NCBI GenBank assembly: GCA_965655095.1
Contig: OZ296656.1
Coordinates: forward strand, 1,798,001-1,862,000
From: Haplodiscus bocki
Lineage: Eukaryota
Direction: 5' to 3'
Length of the DNA: 64,000 nt
The notes under the pieces are model-generated. The model saw only the letters and a list, made by a program, of their open reading frames with translations, had not been told where the DNA came from and did no database searches. A program made the position numbers and the translations under genes. This document shows, piece after piece, positions 61,976 through 64,000 of the stretch. Every line of letters starts with the position of its first letter. Positions within the stretch are counted from its first letter, which is position 1.

Positions 61976-64000
61976 ATGAAGCGTCGCCGTTGTACTTCTT
62001 GTGGACAATTTGCTGTTGCAAGCCATGTTTGCCTGAAGGACATTGATCGAGAACTGCAATCTGATGAGCCGCTGGGCATCTTATACAAAATTCCCGACAT
62101 TTCAATCTCCGTTTCACCAGTTGCACGAAGTGAAACTCTGAACTGTCTCTCAACTTTAGGTCTAACTGATTTTTTAGTCTCTCTAGACGTTTCGATCGCA
62201 AATGACAGTATCATTTATAATTTGCGTCCGGCGCGTGTAACTGCGATTCTTGGCGATGGTAATTGCCTTTTCTCATCCTTAGCAGTTGCTCTCGGTTTGT
62301 CACAGGATTGTAGTTCAATTCTACGGAATAAAATTGTTAGCAACATGATGTTCATCAACTTCCCTCCAAACAGCTTACAAACCACAATTTACTCCGCTGA
62401 TTTTCCAAACCAATACCGTGTTTTGCTTTGTACTTCGATTCAAGAGTACCTCAGTTTGTCGAAAATGGAAGAAAATGGAGTCTTCGGAACATGCGTTGAA
62501 ATATACGCGTTTTGTCAGATTTTCCAAATGGACGTATATTTATATCATGTTCCTCTGAAATCCTGGTTGGTTTATGAATGCTCTCTGAGCACGAATCGTC
62601 GTGGAATTTTCATTCAGCAAACCTGGAATGCAAATCACTTTGAAGTAATCAGTGAGTTGGTTTCAGTCGCAAATGAAGAAAACGCTGCAGGTTCACAAAG
62701 AATTTCCTGTCTTGGTTCCAACGCAATGCATTTCTCTTCGTCAGTTTTGGGAGAGGATATTGAATCTTTCAGGTACCCAGAAAACACAACAGGGGTCCCA
62801 CCAGCGAAAAAAGCAAAACACACTGCGGATCCATCCACCTCGAAGACATGCCTTGAAACTCACGTCACACACATTCCAAGTCAGAACTCCTGTAACGCAA
62901 AGTCAGATCAAAATTTTCCGATGCTAACGTTGTCAGAAAACGCTACCAAATCTGTTCTGAGCAGAGAAATACCCAAAATCGAGGATCTGTACACTAACAC
63001 TGCTACGGTTTCACACAGTGATGCAACAATTGAACAAACGACAGATGGTAATTCTAAGTCTGCTGACGGAGAGTTTTGCGGCAAATGCTTGCGACAATCC
63101 ACGCTGCAATATCCGTTAAAGCTTACTAAGACAGAAAAGTCAGATTTTATAAACAGAATGTTTGGTAACCGAATCAAGGACGCTTTTCCCATATTATGCA
63201 ATCAATGTCTACTTTACTGTACTTCCGAACGCATCGAGTGGAGTCACGCATGGCCATCTGTTTTTTTCACGCTTTTGAGTGATGAAAAAATGCCCAAGGA
63301 GCAGCAGTTGAATGTTTTAACGTTGTTATCTTGGGAACTGAGACAGCAATGGATGGGATGCTTGGAAAAATTTACTCCATGTGTCCAACAGTTTCTCAAT
63401 GGAAAAGAAATCAATGGGAAATGTGTCGTTGACGGAACCGCTCGTTTGCATTATTTCCAGAAACTGATCAAAACTCTTCAACAAGAACAAATAGCAGTAG
63501 CTTTGGATAAAGAACCTTACCCGAACGTTCGGTGCCCATTTGGTTGCTGGTGTTTCATTGAAGAATCCGGTTTAATCAATGCTAAACACTTTTTGAATCT
63601 ATTCGACCCAGCTTTTACGTCTTTTGGAGCTTCTAGTCATTTGCATCTTAGAGGAATTAGGTCAGATTTCTTGGTTCCAACGTCATCGTTGCGGAAGTTT
63701 TTAATTGCAACAACTGTGCGTGTAGACAAAGTAGAAGGATTGGTTGTTCACGCTTGCCTTATGCACTCAAAAGGGTCGTCTGTGCAATACCTTCATCCTC
63801 CATCAAATCCTGTCCTGTCAATAACTGCGTTAATTCACGATGAGCGTTTGAGTATGGTGGCACCAACAATTTCGTGGATAACAAATATTAAAGCAAACTT
63901 CGCCAGTCATACCTACCAGTTATTGAAAAGTGTTGGTTCTTATAGTGGAATGAGTACAGTTCAGTTGCGGCGGAGAACGCGTTGGGACATCACCAGCGAT
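61976..64000 (+). CDS. Rep-helicase polyprotein, N-terminal ~675 codons (runs off window; not in ORF track)
   Basis: MKRRRCTSCGQF...LGDGNCLF...NHFEV...AWPSVFF...PYPNVRCPFGCW...TRWDITSD; start and end are in the same frame. Confidence 0.88.
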   Translation, partial: MKRRRCTSCGQFAVASHVCLKDIDRELQSDEPLGILYKIPDISISVSPVARSETLNCLSTLGLTDFLVSLDVSIANDSIIYNLRPARVTAILGDGNCLFSSLAVALGLSQDCSSILRNKIVSNMMFINFPPNSLQTTIYSADFPNQYRVLLCTSIQEYLSLSKMEENGVFGTCVEIYAFCQIFQMDVYLYHVPLKSWLVYECSLSTNRRGIFIQQTWNANHFEVISELVSVANEENAAGSQRISCLGSNAMHFSSSVLGEDIESFRYPENTTGVPPAKKAKHTADPSTSKTCLETHVTHIPSQNSCNAKSDQNFPMLTLSENATKSVLSREIPKIEDLYTNTATVSHSDATIEQTTDGNSKSADGEFCGKCLRQSTLQYPLKLTKTEKSDFINRMFGNRIKDAFPILCNQCLLYCTSERIEWSHAWPSVFFTLLSDEKMPKEQQLNVLTLLSWELRQQWMGCLEKFTPCVQQFLNGKEINGKCVVDGTARLHYFQKLIKTLQQEQIAVALDKEPYPNVRCPFGCWCFIEESGLINAKHFLNLFDPAFTSFGASSHLHLRGIRSDFLVPTSSLRKFLIATTVRVDKVEGLVVHACLMHSKGSSVQYLHPPSNPVLSITALIHDERLSMVAPTISWITNIKANFASHTYQLLKSVGSYSGMSTVQLRRRTRWDITSD

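Larger units (their letters stand above)
58838..64000 (+). mobile_element. Unit U6 (3'-truncated by window)
   Basis: First ~1.84 kb is homologous to U2 6820-~8660; then the conserved inverted repeat and the polyprotein 5' end. Confidence 0.85.

Noticed and set aside
1-64000. Prokaryotic element, or Polinton/adintovirus/herpesvirus-like integration
   Set aside because: A conserved spliceosomal intron is present; no pPolB, DDE integrase, packaging ATPase, recognisable capsid gene or terminal inverted repeats were seen.

Overview
Eukaryotic, AT-rich DNA (GT-AG introns present; host not identifiable from this window) made up entirely of a head-to-tail array of related ~17-kb rolling-circle-type mobile elements. 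Units: U1 partial (1-6819), U2 (6820-23714), U3 (23715-40746), U4 (40747-57790), a 1,047-bp non-coding mini-unit (57791-58837) and U6 partial (58838-64000). A full unit carries three + strand genes. (i) A ~2,700-aa intronless polyprotein: Cys/His finger, OTU protease, Cys-rich region, divergent Helitron-like HUH Rep, PIF1-family helicase and a C-terminal SLX1-like GIY-YIG nuclease. (ii) A two-exon SGNH/GDSL hydrolase. (iii) A conserved ~336-aa unknown protein. Every unit ends in a ~610-bp conserved block that stops sharply at GGCG. The termini are not canonical Helitron TC/CTRR ends, and different subfamilies are joined at the same junction. The 5' part of the units holds a decayed minus-strand frame with tyrosine-recombinase-like catalytic spacing, and a conserved 13-bp inverted repeat precedes every Rep-helicase gene. 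Of the polyproteins seen in full, only U2 is uninterrupted. All domain calls are by manual motif reading; no searches were run.
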